In this document: positions 1 through 9,519 of the stretch, piece by piece
How the letters are laid out: each line of letters begins with the position of its first letter
Position numbering within the stretch: position 1 is the first letter of the stretch
NCBI GenBank assembly: GCA_039936075.1
Contig: JBDTJA010000286.1
Location: 1-60,885 of the forward strand
DNA length: 60,885 bases
From: Opitutaceae bacterium
Lineage (GTDB): Bacteria > Verrucomicrobiota > Verrucomicrobiia > Opitutales > Opitutaceae
Direction: 5' to 3'
The notes under the pieces: model-generated
Told to the model about the DNA's origin: nothing
Database searches by the model: none
The model's input: the letters and a program-made list of their open reading frames with translations, nothing else
Translations under genes and position numbers: made by a program

Positions 1-189
1 ACGATGGGTTCGGCGGCAGGCGCTTCGGGCATGGTCTGCACGGCTATGCAGCCTCCGCAGCATGGCAACTCCCACTTTCGGGTTGAGTTCCGCGGTTGAC
101 GTTCGGAAGGGGCCTTGGCGAGGGCAAAAATGGGGCTCTCACTTTCCGTTTGCCCGCGCTCGCGCGGACCGCTCACACTGTTCCCTTTA

Positions 190-3100
190 ATGTATCTCAA
201 GGCTCTAAAATTGCACGGCTTCAAGTCCTTCGCGGATGCCACCACTCTCCAATTTGAACCCGGTGTGACCGCAGTTGTCGGTCCCAACGGCTGCGGCAAA
301 TCGAACATCGCCGATGCCATCCGCTGGGTGCTGGGCGAGCAAAGCGCCAAGGCGCTGCGTGGCGGCAAAATGCAGGACGTCATTTTCGAGGGCGCCGACA
401 CCCGCAAGGCATCGCAGTTGTGCGAGGTTTCCCTGCTCCTGACCGAGTGCGAGAAGCAGTTGGGCAGTGAGTTTCACGAGATCGAGATCACCCGCCGCGT
501 CCACCGCGACGGCCAGAGCGAGTACGCCTTCAACGGCCAGACGTGCCGCTTGAAGGACATCCAGAAGCTTTTCATGGACACCGGCGTCGGCCGGACCAGC
601 TACTCGATCATGGCGCAGGGCCAGATTGACCAGATCCTGTCGTCGAAACCCGAGGAGCGTCGCGCGGTATTCGAGGAAGCCGCGGGCATCACGAAGTACA
701 AGAGCGCGCGTCGCGAGGCGATGAACAAGCTCGCGCTGACCGATCAGAATCTGGCACGCGTCGCCGATGTCGTCGCCGAAGTCGGCCGGCAGATCGGCAG
801 CCTGCGCCGCCAGGCGGCGAAGGCCATGCGTTACAAGCGTCTCAGTTTCCGTCTGCGTCATCTCAGCCTCGCGTGGAGCGGCCGCCAGCATGCGCAGCTC
901 ACGGCCACGCTCGGCGAGCTCGAGACCAAGGTGACCGCACTGCGCGCCGAGGCGGACGCCCGCCGGGCAGGACTGGAGGCCCAGCAGGGTTCGCTCGAGG
1001 AAAAAAAGGCCGGTCGTAACCGGTTGAACCAGCGCGTGCAGGACGCGCAGCAGGCGGTGTTCGATTTGCGCTCGCAGAAGGAGGCCGCGGAAAACCAGGC
1101 CAATCTTGCCCAAATCAAACGCACCGGCCTTGAGGATCGGCTGGCTTCGTCACGGGACAATCTCAGCGAAGTCGAAATGCAGTTGCGCGAGGTGTCGGAG
1201 CAGGTGGACACCGGCGCTCAGGACAAGCAAATGCAGCTGGGTCTGCTGGGCAGCAGCGACGCGGTGTTCCAGCAGCGGAACCGCGAGCTCGCGATCGTCG
1301 AGGGCGAGATGAGCAAACTCGAGCAGGAGCTTCAGCAGGCGAAATTCCATTTACTCCAGCTGGAAAGCACCGTGGCGCGTTTGCGCACCGATTGTTCCGG
1401 TTACGAGGTGGACCAAAAGACCAGCGTGCTGCGACACGATGCCGTCGCGCAGGAAATTACATCCGTGCGCGAGCTGAATGCGGTGTCAGCCCAGGCCGTC
1501 ACCGACCTGAACGCGAAGACGGAGGCGATGCTCGCCGACAAGTCGCGCGTCCACACGGAGGCCACGTCGGCGCAGCAGACCATCACCGATCTCACGCGGG
1601 ATTTCCGCGAGGCGCAGCGCAAGCTCCAGGAAATTGACCGCCAGCTCGCGCAGCGCACCGCGCGGCTCCGGCTGCTCCAGCAGCTGCAAGAGAAGTGGGA
1701 AGGTTTCGGCGAGGGCGCGAAGGCCGTGCTGCAGGGCCGGCTCGACGCGGCGCTCGCCGGCGCGAAGGCCACGCCGATCACGCACGGGCTCGAGGTGAAG
1801 CCGGAGTTTGGCAAGGCCGTGGAAGCGATCCTCGGCTCGGCGGCGGAGGCGATCAGCGTGACCGACCTGGCCACGGCGCAACGGATTTTGACGCAGCTCG
1901 ACACCGAACAGATTGGCTCGGCGGTGCTGCAGGTGGGCGAAATCGTTCATCGAGGCGGCGGGGACAACGCGGACTTACCGGCCTTCCTGCAGCCAGCGAC
2001 GCAGGCGCTCGCGGGCGATGCGACGGGCCATCCGGCGGCAAGCATTCTTGCCAGTTGCTACATCGCTGATGATCTCGGCGCGTTTCTCGAATTTTGGAAA
2101 GCGACGCCCGGTTTTGGATTTCTCGCAGTGGCGACGCGGAAAGGGGACTTGGTTGACCGGCGCGGCCTCGTTTACGGTGGCCATCACAGCGCCCGAAAAT
2201 CTTCCGGCAGCATCGTGCAGCGCGAAATTGACCTGCGCGAAACCGCCAAGCTGCTGGCCGAAGACCAGAAGGTGCATGACGATCAGAAAACGGCGATTGA
2301 TGCGCTCAACCTGCAGCTGGCGGCGGCTGAGCAGGCCGTGGAGCTGAAGCGGGCCGAGGTACTCGTGGTTACGCAGAATTTGGCCGCGTTGCAGGCGGAA
2401 CAGCGGGGAGCGCTGCGCTCGCTCGAGGACGTGGCCAACCGGTTGCGCCGGATGGAAAACGAGCTCGTGACGCTCGAACAGGCCCGCAACGAGGCGCATG
2501 CCCGTTGGGACAAGGCGCAGGCCGGTCTGGCCACGGCGGATGCCGCGGCGACGGCGCAGCGCGAATTGATTCAGAAGCTGGAGTTCCGTATCGTGGAAAA
2601 CCGCACGGATCGCGATGTGAAGCGCGAGTCGCTGGCGCAGGCCCGGCTCGAGCTGGCCGAACGCCGCCAGAAGGTCGAAGTGCTTGATCGCGGCCTCGGT
2701 GAAATGGAGAAGCGCCGTCATCAGCTCGATGACCTGCTGGTGCAGCGTCAGGCCGAAATTGAAACCTGGTCGGAGCAGACGGGGGAATTGGAGCGTGAGT
2801 CGGGTACGCAACGCACCCGGGCCGGCGAGATTGCCGGCACGCTGGGCATTGCCCAGGAGCAGGTGGAGAAAATCCGGATCGAGTTGGTGGAAATCGAGCG
2901 CGAGATCCATGCGCTGGAGACCGCGCAAGCTTCCCTCCACTCCCAGTCCGAGGCGGCGCATGACAATCTGAGCACGCAGGAAATCAAGCTCGCCGGGACG
3001 CGCCAGCGCGCGCAGTTCCTGGCCGAGGAAGTTACCCGCGAATTTTCTGCCGACATCACGACACTCGACTGGCGTCAATTGCTGTGGCGCTCCGAAGATG

Positions 3101-3999
3101 AGCCTGAGGGGGTCAAGCCGCTCGACCTTGACGAGGAAGATGAAAGCGATCCGCGGTCCGGCGTCAGCGATCAGCCGAATGCTGCCATCGAAGATCCGAA
3201 GCCGAAGAAGCGGAAAGCGAAGGCCGCGCGTGGTGAGGCCACGGAGGCTGATTTGGCGGCGCTTGACGCGACCAACTGGGATGAGATCAAGGTGGAAGCG
3301 GATGCGCTGCGGTCGCGTTTGAACAGCATGGGGGCGGTCAACCTCGTCGCCATTGAGGAATATGCGGAGTTGAAGCAACGGCATGATTTCCTCACGGCGC
3401 AGAGCACGGATCTCACGACGGCGAAGGCCGATCTGCTCAAGGCGATCGACGAGATCAACCAGACGTCGCAGAAGCAGTTCGAACTGACGTTTGACCAGAT
3501 CAAAAAGAACTTTGCGTACACGTTCGAGACCCTCTTCGGCGGTGGTCGTGCGGCGCTGGAGCTGATCCAGACCGAGGACATCCTTGAAAGTGGTATTGAG
3601 ATCGTGGCGCAGCCGCCCGGCACGAAGCTCAAGAGCATCTCGCTGCTGTCGGGTGGTCAGAAAACGCTCACCGCGGTCGCACTGCTGTTCGCGCTCTACA
3701 TGGTCAAACCGTCGCCGTTCTGCTTGCTCGACGAGTTGGACGCGCCGCTGGACGAGTCGAACATCGGCCGTTTCACTGACCTCCTCAAGAAGTTCGTGGA
3801 CGAATCACAGTTCATCATCATCACGCACAACAAGCGTACGGTTTCGGCGGCGCGCGCGATTTACGGCGTGACGATGGAGGAGCGTGGCGTGTCGAAGACG
3901 GTCTCGATGCGTTTCAATCACGATCGCGGCGATCTGGAGACTCACTCCCCGAACATTGCGGACGCCGTGACGGGTGCGAAGCCGGTGGCACTGGTGTGA
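190..3999 (+). CDS. smc: Chromosome partition protein Smc
   Basis: ORF 115..3999. The conserved N-terminus begins at ATG 190 (MYLKALKLHGFKSF). Walker A GPNGCGKSN, long heptad-rich coiled-coil arms with a central hinge, C-terminal ABC signature LSGGQKT and Walker B LLDELDAPLD. Confidence 0.95.
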   Translation: MYLKALKLHGFKSFADATTLQFEPGVTAVVGPNGCGKSNIADAIRWVLGEQSAKALRGGKMQDVIFEGADTRKASQLCEVSLLLTECEKQLGSEFHEIEITRRVHRDGQSEYAFNGQTCRLKDIQKLFMDTGVGRTSYSIMAQGQIDQILSSKPEERRAVFEEAAGITKYKSARREAMNKLALTDQNLARVADVVAEVGRQIGSLRRQAAKAMRYKRLSFRLRHLSLAWSGRQHAQLTATLGELETKVTALRAEADARRAGLEAQQGSLEEKKAGRNRLNQRVQDAQQAVFDLRSQKEAAENQANLAQIKRTGLEDRLASSRDNLSEVEMQLREVSEQVDTGAQDKQMQLGLLGSSDAVFQQRNRELAIVEGEMSKLEQELQQAKFHLLQLESTVARLRTDCSGYEVDQKTSVLRHDAVAQEITSVRELNAVSAQAVTDLNAKTEAMLADKSRVHTEATSAQQTITDLTRDFREAQRKLQEIDRQLAQRTARLRLLQQLQEKWEGFGEGAKAVLQGRLDAALAGAKATPITHGLEVKPEFGKAVEAILGSAAEAISVTDLATAQRILTQLDTEQIGSAVLQVGEIVHRGGGDNADLPAFLQPATQALAGDATGHPAASILASCYIADDLGAFLEFWKATPGFGFLAVATRKGDLVDRRGLVYGGHHSARKSSGSIVQREIDLRETAKLLAEDQKVHDDQKTAIDALNLQLAAAEQAVELKRAEVLVVTQNLAALQAEQRGALRSLEDVANRLRRMENELVTLEQARNEAHARWDKAQAGLATADAAATAQRELIQKLEFRIVENRTDRDVKRESLAQARLELAERRQKVEVLDRGLGEMEKRRHQLDDLLVQRQAEIETWSEQTGELERESGTQRTRAGEIAGTLGIAQEQVEKIRIELVEIEREIHALETAQASLHSQSEAAHDNLSTQEIKLAGTRQRAQFLAEEVTREFSADITTLDWRQLLWRSEDEPEGVKPLDLDEEDESDPRSGVSDQPNAAIEDPKPKKRKAKAARGEATEADLAALDATNWDEIKVEADALRSRLNSMGAVNLVAIEEYAELKQRHDFLTAQSTDLTTAKADLLKAIDEINQTSQKQFELTFDQIKKNFAYTFETLFGGGRAALELIQTEDILESGIEIVAQPPGTKLKSISLLSGGQKTLTAVALLFALYMVKPSPFCLLDELDAPLDESNIGRFTDLLKKFVDESQFIIITHNKRTVSAARAIYGVTMEERGVSKTVSMRFNHDRGDLETHSPNIADAVTGAKPVALV

Positions 4000-4223
4000 C
4001 GTGGCGGCGGCATCCTGGCCGGAAGATCCGCCGGCTTGGCCCGGGTCTTATGCGCCGCGAATTGGGCCGCGTTTCAACCCGGACTGTTGGCTCGCGCGGA
4101 GGGCGTGCCGCTCAAATCCAGCATCACGGCAAGAAGACCCTTGGCCCTTCGGCCGCTGAAGGCGGGATCAGCGATGCCGCCCTACAATAATCGCGGGAAA
4201 CTGCGGCAAGGATTATGCGCCGC

Positions 4224-6410
4224 TTAGAGAATCAGATCCGGCGGGACGTTGCTGAGGGCTTCCTCGATCGTGGTCAGGCCCATCTTTACCTTGAGCATCG
4301 AATCCTGATGGAGGGTCTTCATGCCATTCTTCATCGCGATGCGCTTAAGACCGGCGACTTCGACCTCCTTGTTGATGGCTTCGGTCAGCTCCTCGCTGTT
4401 GATCATGAGTTCGTGGATGCCGACGCGGCCCTTGTAACCGAGTCCACCGCACGTGGGGCAACCCTGGGGGTTGGCCTTGAAGATCTGTCCGCTCCAGCCG
4501 AGCGCCTTTTCCATGAGCTGCTTTTCGCGACCCTCGGGCTCGTAGGCGACCTTGCAGGTCTTGCACACGCGGCGCAGCAGACGCTGGGCGCACACGCAGA
4601 CGAGCGAAGCGGAAATGTTGAAAGGCTCGACGCCCATTTCACCGATACGAGCAATGGTCGAAGGCGCGTCGTTGGTGTGCAGGGTGGAGACGAGTAAGTG
4701 GCCGGTGAGGGCGGCTTCAACGGCGATACCGGCGGTTTCTTCGTCACGAATTTCACCCACGAGAATGATATCGGGGTCCATCCGAAGATAACAGCGGAGG
4801 GCCCGCGCAAAGGTCAGGCCGATCGCCCGGCTCATCTGCATCTGGTTGATGCCAGCCAACGTGTACTCGATCGGATCCTCCGCGGTCTGGATGTTGACGT
4901 CGGGGGTGTTCACCTCGCCGAGCGCGGAGTAAAGGGTCATGGACTTGCCAGAGCCGGTCGGGCCGCAGTGCAAAATCATGCCGTAAGGCTGGCGGATGCA
5001 TTCGCGGTACCGGGCCAGATTCTCGTCGGAGAAGCCCAAGGCCGGAAGGGGCAGGGTGGACTTCTGCTTGTCGAGAATACGCATGACCACCTTCTCGCCG
5101 TGATTCATCGGGCCGGTGGCGACGCGCAAATCGATATCGATGTTCTTCTTCGTGTACTTCTTGAAGACGATACGACCGTCCTGGGGCAACCGGCGCTCGG
5201 AGATGTCCAGGTTGCACATGATCTTGATGCGCGTGACCATGGAGTTCGCCGCCAGCTTCGGCAGGCGGAGTTTTTCCTGGCAAAGACCGTCAATGCGGTA
5301 GCGGATGAGCAAGTCCTTCTCCATCGGCTCAATGTGAATGTCCGACGCGCCAGAGACATACGCATCCTCGATGATGCGGTTGGTCAGCTGGATGATGGGG
5401 GCGGAGTCTTCCTTCTCCAGGTCCGCCGCACTCATTTCCGCCGCGGAGGCGTCGGTGCTGTAGGCGGTGCTGATGACCTCCACCACGGAGCCGACGTCGA
5501 CGGAATTGGGATCGTTCGCTCTGTTTTCCTTGAAATACTTCTTGAGCAGAGCCTCGAAGAGCGTCGCGGAGATCACCCGGACTTCGTCGATGGTCATTTC
5601 TGTGGCCTGCGCGAAGGACTCACGCTTCGCGTAGTCGAGAGGGTTGGCCATCAGCACGGCCACGGAATTGGGGCTGATCCGCTTGTGGGGAAAAATACCC
5701 TCGCGGCGGATCAGGGCGTCACCGAGCACCTCGAGCAGCTTCTCGTCCACCTCCACGTCCTCGATCTTGGTGACGAGCGGCAGGTCGGTGAGCTTGGCAA
5801 TGAACTTGGCGTTGTCGTCGGCGTTGAGCTCGAACTTCGGGTCGAGCATGCGGTGTAAGAGTGCCGCGGAGTATTCCCCGACTTCCTTCAGCAGAATGAG
5901 ATCCTTGTCCGTGAACTCGCCGTCGGTCCCCGCGGAAAGCTCCTTGTTGAGCACTTGAATGGCGCCAATGACCTTGCCGTTGCTCTTGAGCGGCACGGTG
6001 AGCATCGAGCGAACCTCGAAACCGGTGATCTTGGCGAGCGACGACATGAACGGCGCCTGGCTCTCCGAATTACGGTAGAATACCGGCTCGGCGCTGCTGA
6101 TGACTTTGCCGACGACGCCGGTGCCGAGCGGCAGGCGCATGGCGAGCAGCTTCGTGGTGGTGTCCTTGAGCTTAAGTTCGAACTCTGGATCTTTGGCCCA
6201 AAGCGAGGGCGAATAGTAGATATGCCGGAAAGTGATCTCGTTGCCCTCGATGATGTAAAACGTCATCGACTGGGCCTGCAGCGCCTCGACGACCTTGGAG
6301 GCGGTGAGTTCGATGACTGAATCGAGATCCTCGCGGCTGGGCGCCGCCTTTGAAATGATCTTGATCAGGAGCGAACGTCGCAGGGTGCCGGCAATATTTG
6401 GAGTGGCCAT
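4224..6410 (-). CDS. GAF-domain-fused type II/IV secretion-system ATPase (GspE/PilB family)
   Basis: ORF 4224..6467, likely ATG at 6410 (MATPNIAG). N-terminal GAF-like domain (~aa 20-190), then a T2SSE_N-like domain. ATPase core has Walker A GPTGSGKS, Walker B ILVGEIRD, His box LVSTLHTNDA and the tetracysteine CKTC...CPTC. Confidence 0.9.
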   Translation of the reverse strand: MATPNIAGTLRRSLLIKIISKAAPSREDLDSVIELTASKVVEALQAQSMTFYIIEGNEITFRHIYYSPSLWAKDPEFELKLKDTTTKLLAMRLPLGTGVVGKVISSAEPVFYRNSESQAPFMSSLAKITGFEVRSMLTVPLKSNGKVIGAIQVLNKELSAGTDGEFTDKDLILLKEVGEYSAALLHRMLDPKFELNADDNAKFIAKLTDLPLVTKIEDVEVDEKLLEVLGDALIRREGIFPHKRISPNSVAVLMANPLDYAKRESFAQATEMTIDEVRVISATLFEALLKKYFKENRANDPNSVDVGSVVEVISTAYSTDASAAEMSAADLEKEDSAPIIQLTNRIIEDAYVSGASDIHIEPMEKDLLIRYRIDGLCQEKLRLPKLAANSMVTRIKIMCNLDISERRLPQDGRIVFKKYTKKNIDIDLRVATGPMNHGEKVVMRILDKQKSTLPLPALGFSDENLARYRECIRQPYGMILHCGPTGSGKSMTLYSALGEVNTPDVNIQTAEDPIEYTLAGINQMQMSRAIGLTFARALRCYLRMDPDIILVGEIRDEETAGIAVEAALTGHLLVSTLHTNDAPSTIARIGEMGVEPFNISASLVCVCAQRLLRRVCKTCKVAYEPEGREKQLMEKALGWSGQIFKANPQGCPTCGGLGYKGRVGIHELMINSEELTEAINKEVEVAGLKRIAMKNGMKTLHQDSMLKVKMGLTTIEEALSNVPPDLIL

Positions 6411-6502
6411 TAGGTGGGACGCGTCAGATTTGATTCTGGAATTGTCAGCGAAGGCTCGGCCCCGCAATGAGAAAGCACGGTCCGGCCCCGCGGAAATTAC
6501 CC

Positions 6503-6940
6503 ATGTTCGACTGGCTCAAGCGATTTTTATCCCGGCCCGCTGCGGCGGCGCGGTCGCGCGGCGAAACGGGCGAGCGTCTCGCCGCCGAATTCCTCCGTCG
6601 CACCCATGGGTTTGTCATCGTCGCCCGCAACTGGCGATCGCCGCGCGACCGGCGGGCGGAGATCGACTTGGTCGGCCGCGATGGGGAAGTGCTGGTGTTT
6701 GTCGAGGTCAAGACGCGGGCGGTGGGTGCGCTCGTGCCCGGTTATTACGCCGTGAACAAGCGCAAGCGGCGGGTGCTGCTCCGCGCCTGTCAGGATTATC
6801 TCAGCCGGCTGGCCAGGAAGCCGCGGACCTTCCGCTTCGACGTGGTGGAGGTGGCGTTGCCGGAGGATTCCGGCGCGGTCGGGGCCGAGGTGCGGCACTT
6901 CGCGAATGTTTCCCTGTTTCCCAAACACTACAAAGGATGA
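6503..6940 (+). CDS. yraN: YraN-family (UPF0102) endonuclease-like protein
   Basis: ORF 6467..6940, probable start ATG 6503 (MFDWLKR). Family pattern GE..AAEFL...G..IVARNWR....EIDLVGRDG..LVFVEVKTR. Confidence 0.8.
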   Translation: MFDWLKRFLSRPAAAARSRGETGERLAAEFLRRTHGFVIVARNWRSPRDRRAEIDLVGRDGEVLVFVEVKTRAVGALVPGYYAVNKRKRRVLLRACQDYLSRLARKPRTFRFDVVEVALPEDSGAVGAEVRHFANVSLFPKHYKG

Positions 6941-6991
6941 TCAGCATTTCCCTTGCGCGCGGTGCGCCGCTGGCGAGGATGCTTCTCCGTT

Positions 6992-8530
6992 ATGGCCGAT
7001 ACCCCGCGTCATCCGTTCCTGCAAGGGCTCAGTAAACATCGCGGCGCACCTCCGACGGTCGTCGTCATCTTCGGCGCCTCCGGCGACCTCACCGCCCGCA
7101 AGCTCATCCCTGCCGTTTACAACCTCGGCGTGGACAACCTGCTCCCGGCCGATTTCTATCTGGTCGGTTACGGCCGGAAGCCGATCCCGGACAATAAATT
7201 TCGCAAGCTGGCGGCCGACGCCATCAAGGAGTTCTCGCGGCGCGAGCTGAAGAAGGACGTGTGGGACCGCATTGCGGCCCACACCAGCTACGTGGCGGGC
7301 GATTACACCGACAAGGCGGCGTTCAAGAAACTCGCGAAACACATCGATGCCATCGAAAAAAACATCGGTCGGGAGGTGCAGACATTGTTCTACATTTCCA
7401 CGCCGCCGTCAGTCTTTGAACCCATCCTGCTGAACATTGGCGCGGTGGGACTGGCGGGCCGGCACGCCGGCAAGGCGCATCACGCCAAGGTCATCATCGA
7501 GAAACCCTTCGGCCGCGACCTGGCGTCCGCTCTGCAACTCAACGCCACCATTCGGCGCGTGTTCGAGGAACACCAGGTTTATCGCATCGATCACTATCTC
7601 GGGAAGGAGACGGTGCAGGATCTGCTGGTGCAGCGTTTCTCCAACTCGATTTTTGAGCCCCTGTGGAACCGCAATTACATCGACAGCGTGCAGATCACGG
7701 TGGCCGAGGAAGTCGGCGTCGGCACGCGCGGCGGTTACTACGAGCAGAGCGGCTGCCTGAGAGACATGATCCAGAATCATACGATGCAGCTGCTCGCGCT
7801 CACCGCGATGGAGCCGCCAGTCGCTTACGAAGCGGAGGCGCTCCGCGATGAAAAGGTCAAGGTGCTCAAGGCCATCCAGCCGCTGAATCTTGGGCCGGGC
7901 GGCGACGTGGCTCGCGCACAATACACCGCGGGCATGATGGCGGGAAAAGCCGTGCCGGGTTACCTCGAGGAGGAGGGCATCGCGCCGCAATCCAACACGG
8001 AGACCTATGCGGCGGTGCGCCTCTGGATCAACAACTGGCGCTGGCAGGGCGTGCCGTTTTATCTCCGCTCCGGCAAGCGCATGGCGCGCCGCGTCTCGGA
8101 AATTGCGATCAACTTCAAGGCGGCTCCGGGCACGCTGTTCGCCGAGAGCAACGGCTTCAATCTCGCCGCCAACACCCTCGCGTTTCAGATCCAGCCTGAC
8201 GAGGGCCTCAGCCTGATTCTCAACACGAAGATTCCCGGCTTGGAAACGCGCACGCAGCCGGTGAAGATGAATTTCCGTTATTCGACCACTTTCGGCTCCA
8301 ACACGCCTGAGGCCTACGAACGCCTGGTGCTCGACGCGATGATCGGCGACGGCACCCTCTTCATTCGGGGTGACGAGGCCGAGACCTCCTGGAAACTTTA
8401 CACGCCGGTGCTGGAAGCGTGGGCGGCCGCGGGGCGGCCGGGCATGGACAGCTACGCAGCCGGCTCCTGGGGTCCGCCCAGCGGCGATGCGCTGCTGGCG
8501 AAACAGAATCACGTTTGGCGCCAGCCGTAG
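6992..8530 (+). CDS. zwf: Glucose-6-phosphate 1-dehydrogenase
   Basis: ORF 6953..8530, likely start ATG 6992 (MADTPRHP). NADP-binding VVIFGASGDLTARKL, EKPFGRD, and the active-site motif RIDHYLGKE. Confidence 0.95.
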   Translation: MADTPRHPFLQGLSKHRGAPPTVVVIFGASGDLTARKLIPAVYNLGVDNLLPADFYLVGYGRKPIPDNKFRKLAADAIKEFSRRELKKDVWDRIAAHTSYVAGDYTDKAAFKKLAKHIDAIEKNIGREVQTLFYISTPPSVFEPILLNIGAVGLAGRHAGKAHHAKVIIEKPFGRDLASALQLNATIRRVFEEHQVYRIDHYLGKETVQDLLVQRFSNSIFEPLWNRNYIDSVQITVAEEVGVGTRGGYYEQSGCLRDMIQNHTMQLLALTAMEPPVAYEAEALRDEKVKVLKAIQPLNLGPGGDVARAQYTAGMMAGKAVPGYLEEEGIAPQSNTETYAAVRLWINNWRWQGVPFYLRSGKRMARRVSEIAINFKAAPGTLFAESNGFNLAANTLAFQIQPDEGLSLILNTKIPGLETRTQPVKMNFRYSTTFGSNTPEAYERLVLDAMIGDGTLFIRGDEAETSWKLYTPVLEAWAAAGRPGMDSYAAGSWGPPSGDALLAKQNHVWRQP

Positions 8531-8535
8531 TCGCC

Positions 8536-9519
8536 ATGCCAGACATCTTCAATGCGCTCCCGGGCATCGAGGTGCCGGTGGGGGCGATCTCGAAAAGCCT
8601 GGGCAAGATGTGGTCGGACACCGCGGCCTCGGGCAAGGCGGCGCCGGCTTCCGAGGATGCGAAGGCCACGCAGGTCAACTTTGTCCTCCACCTTGGACTC
8701 AACACCACCTCGCCCGATGCGGTGCGCCAGTTTCGCACGGCGGTGGAGTTTTCGAAACGCTACCCGAGCCGGGTCGTGGTGTTGTGCCCGCTGGGCAAGG
8801 ACGCGGGCATTACGGAAATGCGGGCCAAGGTTTATGGCGAGTGCCACCTCGGCAAATCAAAGAGCGACAAACGTTGCGTCGAATTTGTGATGCTGAGCTA
8901 TCCGCGCAATGCGCGGCAGTTTTTGGAAAGCCAGGTGTCCATCTGCCTCTCGACGGACCTGCCGTTGTACTACTGGGCGCACCGGTTCAGTGACATGTCG
9001 AAACTGGCCGACTATCACTACCTGCTCACCCGCGCGCAGCGCGTGCTGATTGACAGTTCCATCGCGCCCCAAGGCGCGCTCACCTATCCGTGGCCGCGGC
9101 CCGACACCCTGCGCGATCTGGTCCACGCGCGGTTGCTGCCGGTGCGGCAGAGCCTGGGGCAGTTTCTCAGCCGGTATTCGATGGACGCACTGTGCGAGGG
9201 GCTGCAAGCGGTGAGGTTGACGCATGATGCCGCTCACGCAGCCGAGGGCCGGGTACTGCTGCACTGGTTGCAGGAACGCATCGGCCAATGTGGCCAGAAC
9301 CATGCGACCTTCTCGCTGGTCGCGAAGGCGGGGAAATCCGGGCATTTTGCGCTCACATTCACCTACGCGGGCGCCCGGAAGAAATTCTCCTGGCACGGGG
9401 ACCTCGCGCGCGGCACGGCGCTCTTCGACGCCAATTTTGGCACCGGCGCCACGAAACTGTCGGCCGCAGTCAGCTTGCTCTCGCCCGAGGCGGCGCTGAG
9501 CGAGGCGATGTTTTTTTAG
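8536..9519 (+). CDS. OpcA-like protein (putative G6PD assembly/effector protein)
   Basis: ATG 8536 (MPDIFNALPG) lies 6 nt after the zwf stop. Size (~327 aa) and position match OpcA. I cannot confirm this at motif level by eye. Confidence 0.55.
   Translation: MPDIFNALPGIEVPVGAISKSLGKMWSDTAASGKAAPASEDAKATQVNFVLHLGLNTTSPDAVRQFRTAVEFSKRYPSRVVVLCPLGKDAGITEMRAKVYGECHLGKSKSDKRCVEFVMLSYPRNARQFLESQVSICLSTDLPLYYWAHRFSDMSKLADYHYLLTRAQRVLIDSSIAPQGALTYPWPRPDTLRDLVHARLLPVRQSLGQFLSRYSMDALCEGLQAVRLTHDAAHAAEGRVLLHWLQERIGQCGQNHATFSLVAKAGKSGHFALTFTYAGARKKFSWHGDLARGTALFDANFGTGATKLSAAVSLLSPEAALSEAMFF

Noticed and set aside
1-32. Possible start of a minus-strand gene (MPEAPAAEPI...) running off the left edge.
   Set aside because: Only about 10 codons are visible, so it cannot be supported or identified.
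1975-3384. 469-aa ORF antisense to smc. Similar long antisense or out-of-frame ORFs include 205..1113, 4698..5858, 7409..8512, 9846..10742, 11176..12186, 12847..13794, 24387..25223, 25635..26669, 36001..37173, 47178..47978, 52858..53715, 53911..54654, 54584..55618, 56715..58241 and 60116..60835.
   Set aside because: Each one lies opposite or out of frame to a gene with unambiguous conserved motifs. Their translations are Arg/Ala/Gly/Pro-rich low-complexity sequence, typical of stop-codon-poor frames in high-GC DNA.
190-3999. SMC considered as a component of an SMC-like defence system (Wadjet/Lamassu type).
   Set aside because: It is a full-length canonical Smc with a hinge. It has no JetABCD- or LmuABC-like partner genes, and its context is housekeeping.
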